Under the pieces are notes generated by a model. The model ran no database searches and was not told the DNA's origin. It saw only the letters and a list, made by a program, of their open reading frames with translations. The translations under genes and the position numbers were made by a program. DNA of 64,000 nt from Lytechinus pictus (lineage: Eukaryota). How positions within the stretch are numbered: position 1 is the first letter of the stretch; each line of letters begins with the position of its first letter. The DNA lies in the NCBI RefSeq assembly GCF_037042905.1, contig NC_087251.1:7628001-7692000 (forward strand). Direction: 5' to 3'. Positions 1 to 14,063 of this stretch are shown piece by piece.

Positions 1-1343
1 AGCCCTTGCCTATATAACCTCTCTTCTCTCACTCTTCTCTCTGGATATGCTGATTTGACTTAGATGGGTGTTAACTCGCGATGGCAACGAGCAGCACTGC
101 TTGTTCGATCTCATCTTCATAATAGGACACCAATGGCTTCAAATGAAGAACCAATGAGTCCTGCACGCAAAGTTCAAACATTATGATCATGTGATGTAGG
201 AACAGAATACAGCTGGAAGTCATACCCTAATATGTTGTTATCTTGGACCACCAAAGGTTTGACCGGCAGCCATCGTGAGTGCTACTACAATTTTTATTGT
301 GAGAAGTGATAGCTGTAGTATGCGTCGAAAGAGAAGTCTTTGTGTGTGAAGAAATGAAAGACTAGCTAATGAAGGCAGGAATGTTTTTCTGTGATGGAAC
401 CGTAGCTGATTCTGCATTCGCTACGTGTATGTAGGATAACAGATCACTTCTGAACTCCCAGCATAGCGGATATCTACAAGCTTCATAATATGCAAGTACA
501 AGTGTTTAGCAGATATATTAATGTTACGCTTACAGTGTAGGTCAGGGATCAACTCTTCACCTAAATCATGTTCTAATAACTACTCTGATATTCAGTTATC
601 TAATTGAAATTCACCCTCGGATAACTTTATCATACACAGTGTGGTGAGTCCTTGGTCTACCAGCATAGAAAAGAAAATACACATGTACATGATTTACAAA
701 GTAGTCTATTTTGCACAAGTTATTAGAATCCATAGTTACCAAAAAGCCAGCATCACAGTCCATTTTCATGAATTATCATGGAGCTAACATGTCTGTAATT
801 ACACTTAATGACCAAAAAAGATATTAATATCATTTAAGTTTTTGAAATTTGTAGGTGGATTACGAGTATGTAAAATGAATCTTTATTTGAAATAAGCTAT
901 TGTTATGGAATTCTTCAAACAGAATATTGTCAGGAGACATCTTTGAAATCTAATATGGATGTGTTTGTCAATCAGTATGTTGCTACAGGATACATGAAAA
1001 GTAACCATTTTAATCTCGAAAGGATTTAAAAGTGATCCCAGCAGAATACAAAGTCTGATCCCACAGAAACAAATGAATTATCTTGTAGCATATTTGAGCA
1101 TACATGATCAGGGAAAATTGCTATTAAGTTGAAAAAGTGTGTGTCACAGTTGTGATACAAAACAATTAACCTTTCTAACTACTGAATTTTCTGTTATGTA
1201 TAGACTTATGCAGGGACAATTCAATTCCTTTAGCCAATAAATTCAGTTGGAACAGAAGGCAAGATTGCTTATAAAATGCATCTGTAACGATTGTTGTCTT
1301 TGTTTTGTCATTTCATATATAATATGTCCAAAATCTGACTATA

Positions 1344-1880
1344 CAGTGCATCCCAGAAAAAAACGGAACCGAGAATAATTGATGATTGATAAAAACGCAA
1401 TCACAAATACAATAGACAAATTACCTATCATTGCAAAGCTTAGAATCTCTCCTCTTTCACCTGGTAGAACTCAAAAGAAAATCACATGTCTAAATAGTTC
1501 AATATCTGCTCTTTAATTTGATACCTCAATCACATAAAAAATAATGGTCATCTCAAATAACAAAGTTCTGTTTATTTCAAATAATACTTGAATTTCAATA
1601 ATTTTACAAAATGAAGATGTTTTACTTGCTTGCTGTCCTCAACACCCTGTTTTGTTGACGGTCAGCCATGCATAAATTCTTTTGTTAACCATGCGACAGC
1701 TACTTGAGGGAATCTGTGAAAAAACATTTGTTTTATGAAATTTATGGAGTTACCAGTACAAGCATTATTTCAAAGAGACAACTTTGTTATTTCCTGACCA
1801 TTTTTTGTGATTTGGGTTATCAAACTAACAAGCAGATATCAAATAAATAATTCTCTGTTTTGTTATTTCTGGTTGCACTA
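1344..1880. mobile_element. Degenerate Tc1/mariner-like MITE
   Basis: TA-CAGTGCATCCCAGAAA ... TTTCTGGTTGCACTA-TA imperfect TIRs with TA flanks. Confidence 0.5.
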
Positions 1881-4800
1881 TAATGTTCTTATTTCTTGAA
1901 TACAAACCTGAAAAAGTCAGAAATCATTAGGATTTAAAATCCTGTAGCAACATGCCTAGTGACAATCCAAGTTAAAAAGACAATTATTTGGGGCATGACC
2001 CAATGAAATGAGGTACATGTAGTGAAGTTTAACATTGTTTGTTCATGTAGTCCTTCATTGTTTTCCTTTAATTTCATTCCAATTATCTTCTTGGAATAAA
2101 TAAAACTGTTATGATAAAAAAAGATTTTATTATGATTTTTGTAGTGTTATGAGAGTAGTATATTCCATTTTATATATTATAGAAAATGATGTTTATTGCA
2201 ATATTGGGTATAAGTACGATTTCTAAGAACTGCTGGTTAGTTCAAGTAAACAATGCTTTTATTATTGGTGTTATTACTAATGGACATATGAATTGCAAAG
2301 CAGGTGTTTTATCTTCATGTGATAGTGGATTACTTATCATAGCCCATTGATTTCATTTGAAAATCATAAGATTAACCAACTGTTGAGTTAATTAAAGTTA
2401 TGTATTAACTTTAAAACAAAACTATTCCTTGTTTTTCAATGTGAAATAAAACAAGATTATGACCTCCCTAGTAACATCACATTTGAAAAAAAAAGTTCTG
2501 AAAGGTTGTTAAAAACTTCTCCCATCATAAGTTTCTTGCCATTACATTGAAACAGTAAAGAGATGTGCAATTGATAAGTCTATTTCCAAACTTCAAGGTT
2601 TGTACTTATGAGTGTTTAATATGAAGGCTGCAGATATTATATCCTCTTGGAATTATTACCTCATTTTATTTGGTGTCTTAGAAGCTATATGTACAATTTA
2701 TCATTCTCTAGAATTGGCTCTACAAAATTTCTATTATCCTACAACTATTACTATAATAGGAAGTAGTTCTTGCATGCAGTTCTTTAAGATTATAAGAAAT
2801 TAACTTAAAAAACATAGAGGAATATTGTGAGCATTTAATTAAAATAAAATCATATTTATGGGGAAATGAATAGCATGTTGATTAAAACTTTCCAAGGCCC
2901 TTAAACCAATAAAAAGTTAGAATAGGTTACACACAGTGATGTGAATATTTTCTCATTGACAGAGAAAAATTCAACACAGCTGTTTTATGGATCAATCTTT
3001 GGTTTTGTTATTAACCTTTTTAACGTTGGCTCATATTTTCACTATTTTTAAAATGCTTCCAATGAATAATAACTACTTGAGACATTCAGATTGGTCTTTG
3101 AACTATATATCATGAATGTTTAAACCATTTAAAGTATTGAACATTTTTTTTTTCAAAATTCAGCAGGGGAAATTAAGACAGCCATTGAAAAAGAATTATG
3201 GCTCAGATTTTCTAGACATAAACATCCACGGAAACAAGGATATTACAGTAAGAGACTAATTATTATTCTAAATCTAATCATCACATTTTCAGGTATCAGA
3301 ATGAGAATTTGTAATTCTAAATTGGGTGACTATTAGGTCTAAAGCATTTGAATAGATGCCAGGACAATGAATAAAATACATACAGAGAAATTTAATTAGT
3401 AGTTATGAAAACAGTTAGTGATAGTTCCAAATGGATCAATAGTTAAAACATTCACTATAGAGAATTAAAGTGACATCCTTTTTTTTGGGGGGGGGGGGGA
3501 ACATTTCAGCATTTTCACGATCCTATTTCCATAAGGCATGCTTTAAAAAAAAGGCTCTTCGTACAGTTTTAGATTTTATGTGTGAAGAGGATTAAATGAG
3601 TTTGTAATGAAAGCTTTTTTCTTTCCTCATGGTTCTTTCCCCATTAGCAAATTCCTAAGCATTAATTCACTTTCTTTTGTGTATCAAAGCAGTCCATAGA
3701 CAATTTTTTGATAATAGCAACATATTTAAGATCACAAAATAAAATATTGAAAATGCTACTCTCCTACACAGCTTTAGTAAAAGCTCTCCTAAAATATTGT
3801 TAGTCACTCTGTTCAAGAAAAACATACAAAGTGGATGTGAACTGCACTAACAGGTTGGAAAATACTGCACATTGATTGTAATGTAATAATAAGCTTCTCT
3901 TAATCATATTAAAGTTTTGTATTTGAAAGTTTAGCTTTTACTCTTGTTACAAATAAAGGGGCTCTGTAATTAATGATCATGAAGACCAGTCTATATAGAT
4001 TGGTTTAGCAAAACAAGAGTCACCAAGTTTCTTCATTTCCTTGGTGAAATGAATGTGTTTAGTAAATAATGTAATTGGAATACTAAACATCATGTTGAGC
4101 CTACAAATTTTCTACTTTACATTTCTCCCTAAAACTATGGCAGATATCATTCATGAGCAGTAACTGCTATGCTGTTGAAATAATTGTATTCATAATTTAA
4201 GTTTTGTTAGGAATCAAAATTTTGTTTAAAATGCAAAATATCTGTCATTCGTTTTATTGATTTGGACTATTTAAGTCAGTGGTGCCTAAATATGAATATG
4301 AAACAGAAAATGTACCATAATCTTGCATATTTATTTAAAAGTTTGCTACATGATTGAACATTTATGCCATGGTTGATATTTAATACACATACATAATGAA
4401 GCATTAGGACCTAACAGGGTGTAAGTATGTTACTTCTCTTATAATTTAATAATTGAGCATCTACAATGTCTTTGTTTATTTGAAAAAAAAAGAATATCAT
4501 TGTTTTGAGAGCCATATCTCGTATAGAAAGATTAGTTAAATCAATAAGTGTTTAACTCCTTTACTGATGGTTTTATTTGCATTCAGACTTTGAATTGATC
4601 GTCTTAAACATTCATGAAATGAACAAGTGATACTGACTTTCAGTGTCCGTTGAATGAATTAGACCATCAATACTAACTACCATGGCAGCATTGCTCATCA
4701 GCTCATTAAATCTAGGTTTCCATGGAAACTACTACAATCATAGTTTTCTGAAATAGGGACCCAGGTTTTTGCTATACTATAGATTTACCTTGCTAGGTTG

Positions 4801-6822
4801 AATGTTAAGACCATTCAAATTCACAATTGATATGATCACCACAAACATTTGTTATTTCAATTCTTTATTTTGTCATTGAAATGTATTATCTGTAACAAAA
4901 ATTAAAATGGGTCTCTATAAAGGCATGAACTAACTTTGTCCAAAGTTAAAGAACCATTGCTTGTGGTGGATCAATGAGATGTATACCATATCTCTTCCCA
5001 CTGTACAATACCTAAATAATATAATGGAAGAAGTCATTAAACTATCTGCAAAGGAGACAAATAATGAAAGCTTGACATACATCATGACTAAGAGTAGCCA
5101 GCAGACAAACCACGTATGTGGCTCATTGCTGCAATCTGTTGCAGCTGATTCAGTGATTTTGATGGACAAAGTTACTAAATACCTTTAAAGAGAAATTTTA
5201 TATCACAGATGACAATTACAAACTGGATATTATAAATCTATCATTATTATTGTTGATGCTCATTGCCTTTATTATGAAAACAGACAATATGGATATTGCT
5301 CTTCAAGGCAATACCCCCCAAAATCTGGAATGCACTTTCAAAAATTAGAGTGACTAATATGTGAAATTGGATGGCAAACTGTAGTATATAGAAGCAACAG
5401 ACTACTTTTTGTAATATTTACTTTAATTGTTTGCCTGAAACACTATTGGTCAAACCTTGATTTGAAAACTGCAGTTTTATCACCTTTAACTTTTGGATAT
5501 TATATTATCATAAAATGCTAGTTTACATAAAAATAAAATGAAGAGAAGTGTTGGGAATATATTATGGGGGTGGTAATCTCCTCATTAACTGAATAATTAC
5601 TTCTGCCAAAAGCCCATATAAACAGTGTGAACCAAGCACTCTTATTGAATTTTGAAAATAGATAATTGTTTTACAAGATACTTGTTAACACACTGATATT
5701 CCATATGAAGTACTACGTTACATTTATAAAGTTGAAATTAGTATGCATAAATTGGTTAAATACCTTAAAAATTGTATTGGATTCCTTTCTTGAAATTTAT
5801 TATTTCCATACCGTCATTGTCTTAATACACCTTGTAGTGTGTTTTAGTATGGCTTCTTTATGTTGATAGTCAAATTTGGGAAATGAAGGTATCTTGTGTA
5901 ACATCTAATTTATTTTTTTTTCTTTTGAAAAACAAAATGTGAGCTTATTGGTAGCAAGGTGTAGATTTCTTTCATATTTGAATTTTACAAAATTGCATTC
6001 TAACCAAAGCTATGGAGATATTGTTCATCGTTTACATTTATAGCTATACATTATTATAATGCATACAAGAAAATACTTGTGATTTATATTGCAAAGAAAT
6101 ACTATTAAGATAGGATGGGGATTAAAAAATTGGGTGAGGATTTGATAGGCATTTGTTTATATCTACATAAAATCAAGAAGATTTAATAAGAAAAAAATAT
6201 TGAATGGTTTGTATGAAATAAATATTCAAAAAGCATTGTTATTTACACTGTATATATTAGGTTATGTGTTCCAACCAAAATTTGCACACAGCAAGATGCT
6301 TTTTAGTATAAGAATGAAACAAAAATGCTGTGCATTGTTGGAAATCTATGTAATCGTACTTCTAAGGTTGTTTTAAAAGAATACAAGATGCTGAAATGCT
6401 CTGGTTTTCAAAAAATCAGGTCATTTTATTCTTTCTTTTTATTTTATCTTTTCTTTTATAAAGACATGCAAAGGATGGAGTGTACATCCAGTGTGTCTTT
6501 TGTAGATTTACAAGAAAATACAAAAGTACGGACTCTAAGAAATGAATGTGATGCACCCATATGGTATCTGCACATTTACAGGATTCTTGACATAATGTAC
6601 ATAATCAACTCAGACTAATTTTCTATTATCTGCCCTAGGAGATTTAGTTTGCACTTGTGCAATAAAACGGCTTTATTTCCTACCTCTGGAATTACCGATT
6701 TGCTCATTTATTACACTATCTTGGTTTATTGCAGTCAGTGTGGATGTGTGTTGTGGATGTATGTCATTGAGGAAGTGTGGAAAGGCAACGTCACAGTCAG
6801 AATGGCCTGAATTCTGACTGGC

Positions 6823-6903
6823 CAGGAAATCTGCTTAAACCTTGGGTTCAACCAATGGTTTTGAAAACCATTGGTTGAACCCAAGGTTTAAGCAGATTTC
6901 CTG
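6823..6903. repeat. Perfect 81-bp palindrome (40-bp arms, 1-nt loop)
   Basis: CAGGAAATCTGCTTAAACCTTGGGTTCAACCAATGGTTTT-G-AAAACCATTGGTTGAACCCAAGGTTTAAGCAGATTTCCTG. Confidence 0.95.
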
Positions 6904-6912
6904 TTAAATTAT

Positions 6913-7083
6913 GCTTTAGTCACAGTGCACGAAATTGACGCCTGTTGCCATGGTTAAGCGCGCTATTTTATTCATTAATCCACTGTTTGAATGGAATCAT
7001 TATTTCAAAATCAGTGGACTCATTAACAAAATAGTATGGATAACCACGAAAACAGGCGTCAATTTAGTGCAATGTGACAAAAG
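6913..7083. mobile_element. Small hairpin MITE
   Basis: GCTTTAGTCACAGTGCACGAAATTGACGCCTGTT pairs with AACAGGCGTCAATTTAGTGCAATGTGACAAAAG, and the interior is also self-complementary. Confidence 0.6.
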
Positions 7084-7215
7084 GGTGCATCAGAATTGGA
7101 CATCTTTCTACATTAAACGCAATTTATGTAGGAAATCTGCATAAACCATGGGTTCAACCAACACTTTAAAAAAATACCTTTGTGAATTTGGGCCATTAAG
7201 TCTAACATGTATGTA

Positions 7216-7622
7216 TCCACTTGGTCTACAACAAGATGGTCTAATTCTCAGATTATCATGGCTTAAGTTAACTCATTTGGTCTACTATCATTTTGTCTAA
7301 TTGTCGCTTTGTCTTTTTACCACTTGATCCTACTGTCATTTGAGCAATGCACAGATGGTCTAATTTCCACTTCATTTACTTATTATTTTTCACATATCAA
7401 ATGAAAATTTGGTTCATAAACAGTTCATCTAATCATATAGACTAAGTGGTGTTAGATCAAGTGATTATAAGATGAAATGGGTATAGCCTATCTGGAAATC
7501 AGACCAAATGATAAATGGGCTAAAAAGCAATTAGACCAAATGGTTAGTAGACAAATTGGTTTAGATGAACTAGGATTAGAACCATGTGGGATGAGACAAA
7601 AAGGAAAGTAGGACAAGTGGGT
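7216..7622. repeat. Degenerate foldback repeat of TGGTCTA/TAGACCA motifs
   Basis: Several TGGTCTA motifs in the left half and TAGACCA/TAGAC motifs in the right half. Confidence 0.5.
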
Positions 7623-8103
7623 ACCAAGTACTCTCTAACACATACATGAGATGCAAATTTCTTATTTACTTATAAAAAGAACTGAAAAACAGTTAATGGA
7701 CTTGACGAAAGAGGTCAACTATAGATTATTTTATTAGCATCAAATATAATTGCACTATGTGGAAAGAATTCTCTTAATAAAAATTGTGCTCACTGGAAAT
7801 TATTTACTAGTAGCAAGACATATAATTCATGATAAGCTTAATGAAGGTCCAGGATACCAAAGGCCAATGAGGCTGTTAACCCCACCAACACACAGGTGCA
7901 GTATCACGTCTTTTCTTTTTTGTATGTTTTGCTCTTTACCCACTCCCGGTTCGTGGTTTGATAAGAGAGGACTGTTTTTGTCTGCACAACACCTCTGAAA
8001 GTAAAGGTTAATCTATAACCTAAAAATCTGTCATTACATAAAAACTATTAAGTATTATACAAGTCTATTGATGCCATCTACCCTTTAATTTCACTGAGAT
8101 TTA

Positions 8104-8904
8104 GGGTGCGTTTATCCGCCACTTTTTTACCCTAGAATCATGATCTGAATCATGATTCAAATCATGATTCTGCAGAATCACGATTGCGTTTAGTCGAAAT
8201 TGAATATAATCATGATTAGAATCACAATCATGAAACACGAAAAAAGGGGCGTTTGGAAAGACGTTTCTGCAGAATCACGTACGAAAATGTTCGAATAAAC
8301 GATATCGTGATTACAATCATGATTCTATGACGTCATTGTGTCGGGCTACTTTAGGTTTGACTCTTGCCAAGCTCAAGACGCGCTATATGCTCCGTGCATT
8401 TATACATAATACGATATGCATGCTTTCTGTGTTGGGCATCGCATCGTCCACTTCTTTTCATCTTTTTTTTGGTCATGTCTTCAACTTCAAGTGAACTAGT
8501 AAATGAACTAACTGAACAGACAATGATATCAATTGTTGTTGAGTTAACAAGTGTCAATATGAAATTGGATCTACGCTAAAATTTACATCCGAACACAATT
8601 TTCGATAAACCGACAAGAAGAATAATAGGTAAACAAATTGCGGTATTATAGACTGAATTCGGAAGGTACAGGATTGATTTTTCGGGAGCCAAAACACGTG
8701 CGAAAAAAGTTAACCTAACTTCCTCTGTCAAACTGCGCACTGTGATGCGCACTGGATCGGTCCGAATCCGAGGAAAAACAGCTTTAAAATCAAGGTCGTC
8801 TGAACGCTGATTCTGTGGTATTGTGATTCATGTTTGTGTTTTGAATCATGATTCAAATCATGATTCGAATCACGATTCTGGCTTGAGGTCGCATAAACGC
8901 AGCC
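8104..8904. mobile_element. PIF/Harbinger-like MITE
   Basis: TIRs GGGTGCGTTTAT / ATAAACGCAGCC, TTA target duplication on both sides, subterminal GAATCATGATTC palindromic repeats. Confidence 0.8.
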
Positions 8905-9517
8905 TTAGACTGGTTAAATACTGTAAACAGAACAAGTTCTGTAAACTGAGAAAGACGGCAAGGATACAGGTAGATGGGTTGTAAAAGTTGAGGGTAGTTT
9001 TAACTTTTTATTGTTACGTTAACTGCTAAAAGTAATAAATAAGTTGTCAGAGATGGCAAGTCCCGGCATTGAAGCATGAGATAAATTGTTTGAAGGGTAT
9101 ACATTAATTATTGTATCATCTTTTCCTTCATGATAACAGATAACCAGATCAATTTTAAAACTTTCTTTGAATTTTCTATGAAACGGGAGTCATGAAAATA
9201 TATCCTTCATCAGTGCTACAAATCCATATTAAACACAAAATTTGTAAATATTGCTTGCTTTAACAATGCTCGCAATTGCAACAAAATCAATTTGATGAAA
9301 TATTACAAATTTACTCCTATTACATTACAGCACAACCTACCATACTATAATATTTGAAAAAAATTATAATCAAGAAAAATATAAATCTGTTCATTACAAA
9401 GTGATCATTATATTGAAATGTTAATACATGTATTAGTTTAACAAATCAAAGCTAACATGCAAAAATGACAATATGGTTGGTCAACAAGCAATGATGGAGT
9501 CAAGAGAGGCTGGCTTC

Positions 9518-10184
9518 AACCCTAACCAGACTTGGCTTTTTTGGATGTTAGCTGACCGGGGGGGGGTTGAATCAATGCCCCCTTGACATCTAGGCTGCCA
9601 ATCGCACAAACGCTGAGAAAATTGGAATGATAATAGTGTGGAATGTAATCTACAAGACTGTATGGTTAATTTTTCCTAGGTAATTACATTTTTTATATGA
9701 ATAAATTTTTGCATAATTCATAATTCACTAAAAAAAATCCTAGAATGCTTATATCTGGTGTTAATATTCTTTTTACCATTGCTAACAATTACTAATGATA
9801 AAAAGTGCTGGTTTGAAACTGATTTATGTGTATTATGGTTTTATGAATATCTTAGGCATTTCTCTGCTTTTTACCTTCTGTTTTTGTTTTTTTGCCAAAT
9901 TTATTGCAGAACCTTTTTGAAGCATAATTACGCTAAAATCAATTTATTTCAGCTGATGAAAGTAAAAATAATCATATCTTTATGACGAACATGAGAAAAC
10001 TCAATTTGCATTGACTTTGTACACAAAATCATGGTTAGGTGCAATTTTTGGTCTGACATGCACTTACATAATGTGGCATAATTTTTCAACCGCATACCCG
10101 CAAGATTTCAAAGTAAAAAGTCAATGAGCCAAAAAAATTCGCGCAGCAGAATGGTCGTGGAAAATGTCGAGGGGCTGTTTAGGG
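9518..10184. mobile_element. Older, diverged copy of the piggyBac-like MITE family, opposite orientation to the two array copies
   Basis: CCCTAA...TTAGGG-TTAA ends. Interior is reverse-complement similar to 11586-12355 (e.g. AAAGTAAAAAGTCA, GGTCTGACATGCACTTA). Confidence 0.65.
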
Positions 10185-10759
10185 TTAAGGACCATTTAAT
10201 GTCTGAAATAAGTTTTATCAAACATGAACTCCAGCCTTGACTTCACCACGGCTGAAGAATTTGAAAATTTTGTTAGAGATGTTAAAGTGAGCATGCTTTG
10301 GGGAATGAAATGTTCTTTATAAAAGATATAATGTCATGTTTCATGGGGAGTGGAACACTACTGGAGTATTTACCCAGTAACACATGCTTTCCATCATCAA
10401 GACAAATAGTCATCATATATTCGACCAATTGCCTCACAAAGTCATTATCTTACTTTCCCTTCTCTGAAAATCCCAGAAATATCAAAGATGGGACAGTACA
10501 AACAACTTAGCCCAAATCGTTTATCTATAATTCAGTTATTTCTACTGTTTTTTTTTTTTTAATATAGTCTTGTGTTGGCCAATTGTAATCCATTCCCCAT
10601 GAAAATTCAAGACAGGATGTATGGAGGAATACTGTAAACTTCTCACCACAAAGAGCTCGCTTACAGCATGCAAGGTATTCCAGAGCACAACCTGACATAT
10701 CTCTTGCTGCAAAGAATGACACACAGGAATCTCCTCACAGTGTGTCTAGTGTATTGATG

Positions 10760-10957
10760 TTATCTGAGTCTGATGACATAGGAATCACTGAGGGTTGCAT
10801 AACGAACCCAACGGAATGGTACATAGGAGTTGTGCCTGTCAAACACTTTGAGGAAACGAATCTGAAGCTTGGAGGAAGTGAAGTCTTTGAGTTCAAATTC
10901 TAGACTAGCTGGGCCGATTTCTACAAGGGTACTGTTACTAAGATGGTCCAAATGAAT
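10760..10957 (-). CDS. AP4M1: AP4M1 exon 13, terminal (IHLDHL...GPASLEFEL..FTSSKLQIRFLKV...PFRWVRYATLSDSYVIRLR*)
   Basis: 198 nt including stop. Mu-adaptin C-terminal WVRY motif. GPASL.FEL and SD.YVIR are typical of mu4. Confidence 0.95.
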   Translation of the reverse strand: MHLDHLSNSTLVEIGPASLEFELKDFTSSKLQIRFLKVFDRHNSYVPFRWVRYATLSDSYVIRLR

Positions 10958-11585
10958 CTAAAAATTTGAAAAATGATAATGACACTTGTTTTAAATGCAC
11001 ATGCCGAATTTGATGTGTAAATATACTGCAATAGCTGATTGGAATCTTAGTCTAGCTGTATGTTTACTACCATCTATCATCTTAAGTGACTCACCCTTAG
11101 TCTAGCTGTATGTTTACTACCATCTATCATCTTAAGTGACTCACCCTTAGTCTAGCTGTATGTTTACTACCAGCTATCATCTTAAGTGACTCACCCTTAG
11201 TCTAGCTGTATGTTTACTACCATCTATCATCTTAAGTGACTCACCCTTAGTCTAGCTGTATGTTTACTACCAGCTATCATCTTAAGTGACTCACCCTTAG
11301 TCTAGCTGTATGTTAACTACCACCTATCATCTTAAGTGACTCACCCTTAGTCTAGCTGTATGTTTACTACCATCTATCATCTTAAGTGACTCACCCTTAG
11401 TCTAGCTGTATGTTTACTACCAGCTATCATCTTAAGTGACTCACCCCTAGTCTAGCTGTATGTTTACTACCAGCTATCATCTTAAGTGACTCACCCTTAG
11501 TCTAGCTGTATGTTTACTACCAGCTATCATCTTAAGTGACTCACCCTTAGTCTAGCTGTATGTTTACTACCAGCTATCATCTTAA

Positions 11586-12355
11586 CCCTAATTCTCCCGG
11601 GGGGGGGGGGGCCATAATGGCCCCCCCCTCGACAATTTTCGCGATATATCTGCTGCGCGAAATTTTTTGACCTCGCCGCTCACTGACTTTTTACTTTCAA
11701 GTCTCGCGCAAATTTTGAGACCAAATTTGTGACGCCCGGGTACGCGGTTACGACATTACGCAACATTATATAAGTGCATGTCAGACCCAAAATTGCTCAT
11801 AAACGTGATTTCATGTACAAATCCAATGCAAATAGTGTATTTAGCCAAAATTCATAAATGTATCATTATTTCTACTTTTAATGATTAAACTTAATTAATT
11901 TTGCCTTGTTTATGATCAGAATTAAGTCTGGAACGATTTCCATTGAAAAAACAATAAAAAACAAAAAGTAAAAAAACAAAGAAATACATAAGAAATTCAT
12001 AAAACAATAAAATACATAAGAAATTGATTTCCAAACCGAAGTTTTTTTTAATTGCGATTGTTAAGAATGCTACAAAGAATATTTTTACCAAAAATTAGCA
12101 TTCTAGGAGCTTTATTTAGTGAATTAGAGCAAAAAGTATGATTTATGCATAAATTAGCATAATTAATTCATATAAAATAAAATCTCAATATTTTGGAAAA
12201 TTTTACCATACAGCCTTGTAGATTACATCACACACTACCATCGTGCAAATTTTTGCGTCGTTCGCGCGATCGGCGGCCGAGATCTTAAGGGGGGGCCATA
12301 ATGGCCCCCCCCCCCCGGGAATGACAAGAATCAAAATACCCCGGGAGCTTGAGGG
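11586..12355. mobile_element. piggyBac-like non-autonomous element (770 bp)
   Basis: TTAA duplication (11582-85, 12356-59), CCCT...AGGG termini, subterminal GGGGGCCATAATGGCCCCC palindromes at both ends. Confidence 0.85.
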
Positions 12356-13159
12356 TTAAGTGACTCACCCTTATTCTAGCTGTATGTTAACTACCACCTA
12401 TCATCCTAAGTGACTCACCCTTAGTCTAGCTGTATGTTTACTACCATCTATCATCTTAAGTGACTCACCCTTAGTCTAGCTGTATGTTTACTACCAGCTA
12501 TCATCTTAAGTGACTCACCCTTAGTCTAGCTGTATGTTTACTACCAGCTATCATCTTAAGTGACTCACCCTTAGTCTAGCTGTATGTTTACTACCATCTA
12601 TCATCTTAAGTGACTCACCCTTATTCTAGCTGTATGTTAACTACCACCTATCATCTTAAGTGACTCACCCTTAGTCTAGCTGTATGTTTACTACCATCTA
12701 TCATCTTAAGTGACTCACCCTTAGTCTAGCTGTATGTTTACTACCAGCTATCATCTTAAGTGACTCACCCTTAGTCTAGCTGTATGTTTACTACCAGCTA
12801 TCATCTTAAGTGACTCACCCTTATTCTAGCTGTATGTTAACTACCACCTATCATCTTAAGTGACTCACCCTTAGTCTAGCTGTGTGTTTACTACCAGCTA
12901 TCATCTTAAGTGACTCACCCTTAGTCTAGCTGTATGTTTACTACCAGCTATCATCTTAAGTGACTCACCCTTATTCTTGCTGTATGTTAACTACCACCTA
13001 TCATCTTAAGTGACTCACCCTTGGTCCAGCTGTATGTTTACTACCACCTATCATCTTAAGTGACTCACCCTTGGTCCAGCTGTATGTTTACTACCAGCTA
13101 TCATCTTAAGTGTCTCACCCTTAGTCTAGCTGTATGTTTACTACTACCTCTCACCTTAA

Positions 13160-14063
13160 CCCTATCCAGGCCGGGGGGCATCGGAGGCCCCCCCTCAACA
13201 ATTCGCGCAATATTTTCGCCGCGCGAAGTTTTTTGACCGCGTCGCTCACTGACTTTTTACTTTCAAGTCTTGCGCAACTTTTGAGACCAGTTTTGCATCA
13301 CCCAGGTACGCCGTTCCAAATTACCCAACATTATGTAAGTGTATGTCAGACCAAAAATTGCTCAAAAACGTGATTTTGTGTGTACAAAGTCAATGCAAAT
13401 TGTGTTTTCAACCAATGTATGATTATTTTTAGTTTTGCTGGTCTAAATGTATTTATTTTATGCTGTTTATGATCTCAGAAGAGTCCCCAACAAATTCAAT
13501 TGAAAAAACAATGAAAAACAAAAGGTCTAAAACACAAGAAAATACTTAAGAAATTGAAAAAAACAATAAAATACATAAGAAATTGATCCGATATCGCAAC
13601 TTTTTTCATGTACACTTGCTAGGAAAGCCAAAAAGAGATTTATGCAAAAAATTGGAACATTTGGAGCTTTATTTAGGGAGTTCGAGGGAAAAGTATGATT
13701 TCGCATACTAATTATGCATAAATTAGCATAATCGCTTAATAGCAATTTGCATGAAAAAACTTACTATACAGGGGCCGCCGAAGCGGGGGGGCTGGGGGGG
13801 CTTCAGCCCCCCCACTTTTTTCCAAAACCATGTACAAAAACGTAAAAATTACCATACGATTGTGATTTTTTGCATGGTCAGCCCCCCCACTTTGAAAACC
13901 GTTCCGCGGCCCCTGCTATAGAGTTTTGTAGATTATGTCCATGACAACCTGCGTGCCAATTTTCGGCGAAATCGCGCGGCCAACGGCCGAGATCTCAAGG
14001 GGGGCCTGAGAGGCCCCCCCCCCCAGCCATATGAACTCCAAAAATACCCCGGCCTAGATAGGG
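13160..14063. mobile_element. piggyBac-like non-autonomous element, related subfamily, with nested MITE
   Basis: TTAA duplication (13156-59, 14064-67), TIRs CCCTATCCAGGCCGGGG / CCCCGGCCTAGATAGGG. Interior homologous to 11586-12355. Confidence 0.85.
13769..13915. mobile_element. Short CAGGGGCCGC-type MITE nested in the piggyBac-like element
   Basis: TIRs CAGGGGCCGC / GCGGCCCCTG flanked by CTATA on both sides. Absent from the sister copy. Confidence 0.75.

Noticed and set aside
1..6700. Last exon and long 3' UTR of a convergent plus-strand gene (short open frame to 63, AATAAA at 6661 with GT-rich downstream sequence)
   Set aside because: Plausible, but no recognisable coding sequence in the window supports it.
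2612..10722. Numerous 60-100 aa ORFs in the track
   Set aside because: AT-rich, low-complexity or MITE-derived, with no motifs or consistent splice structure.
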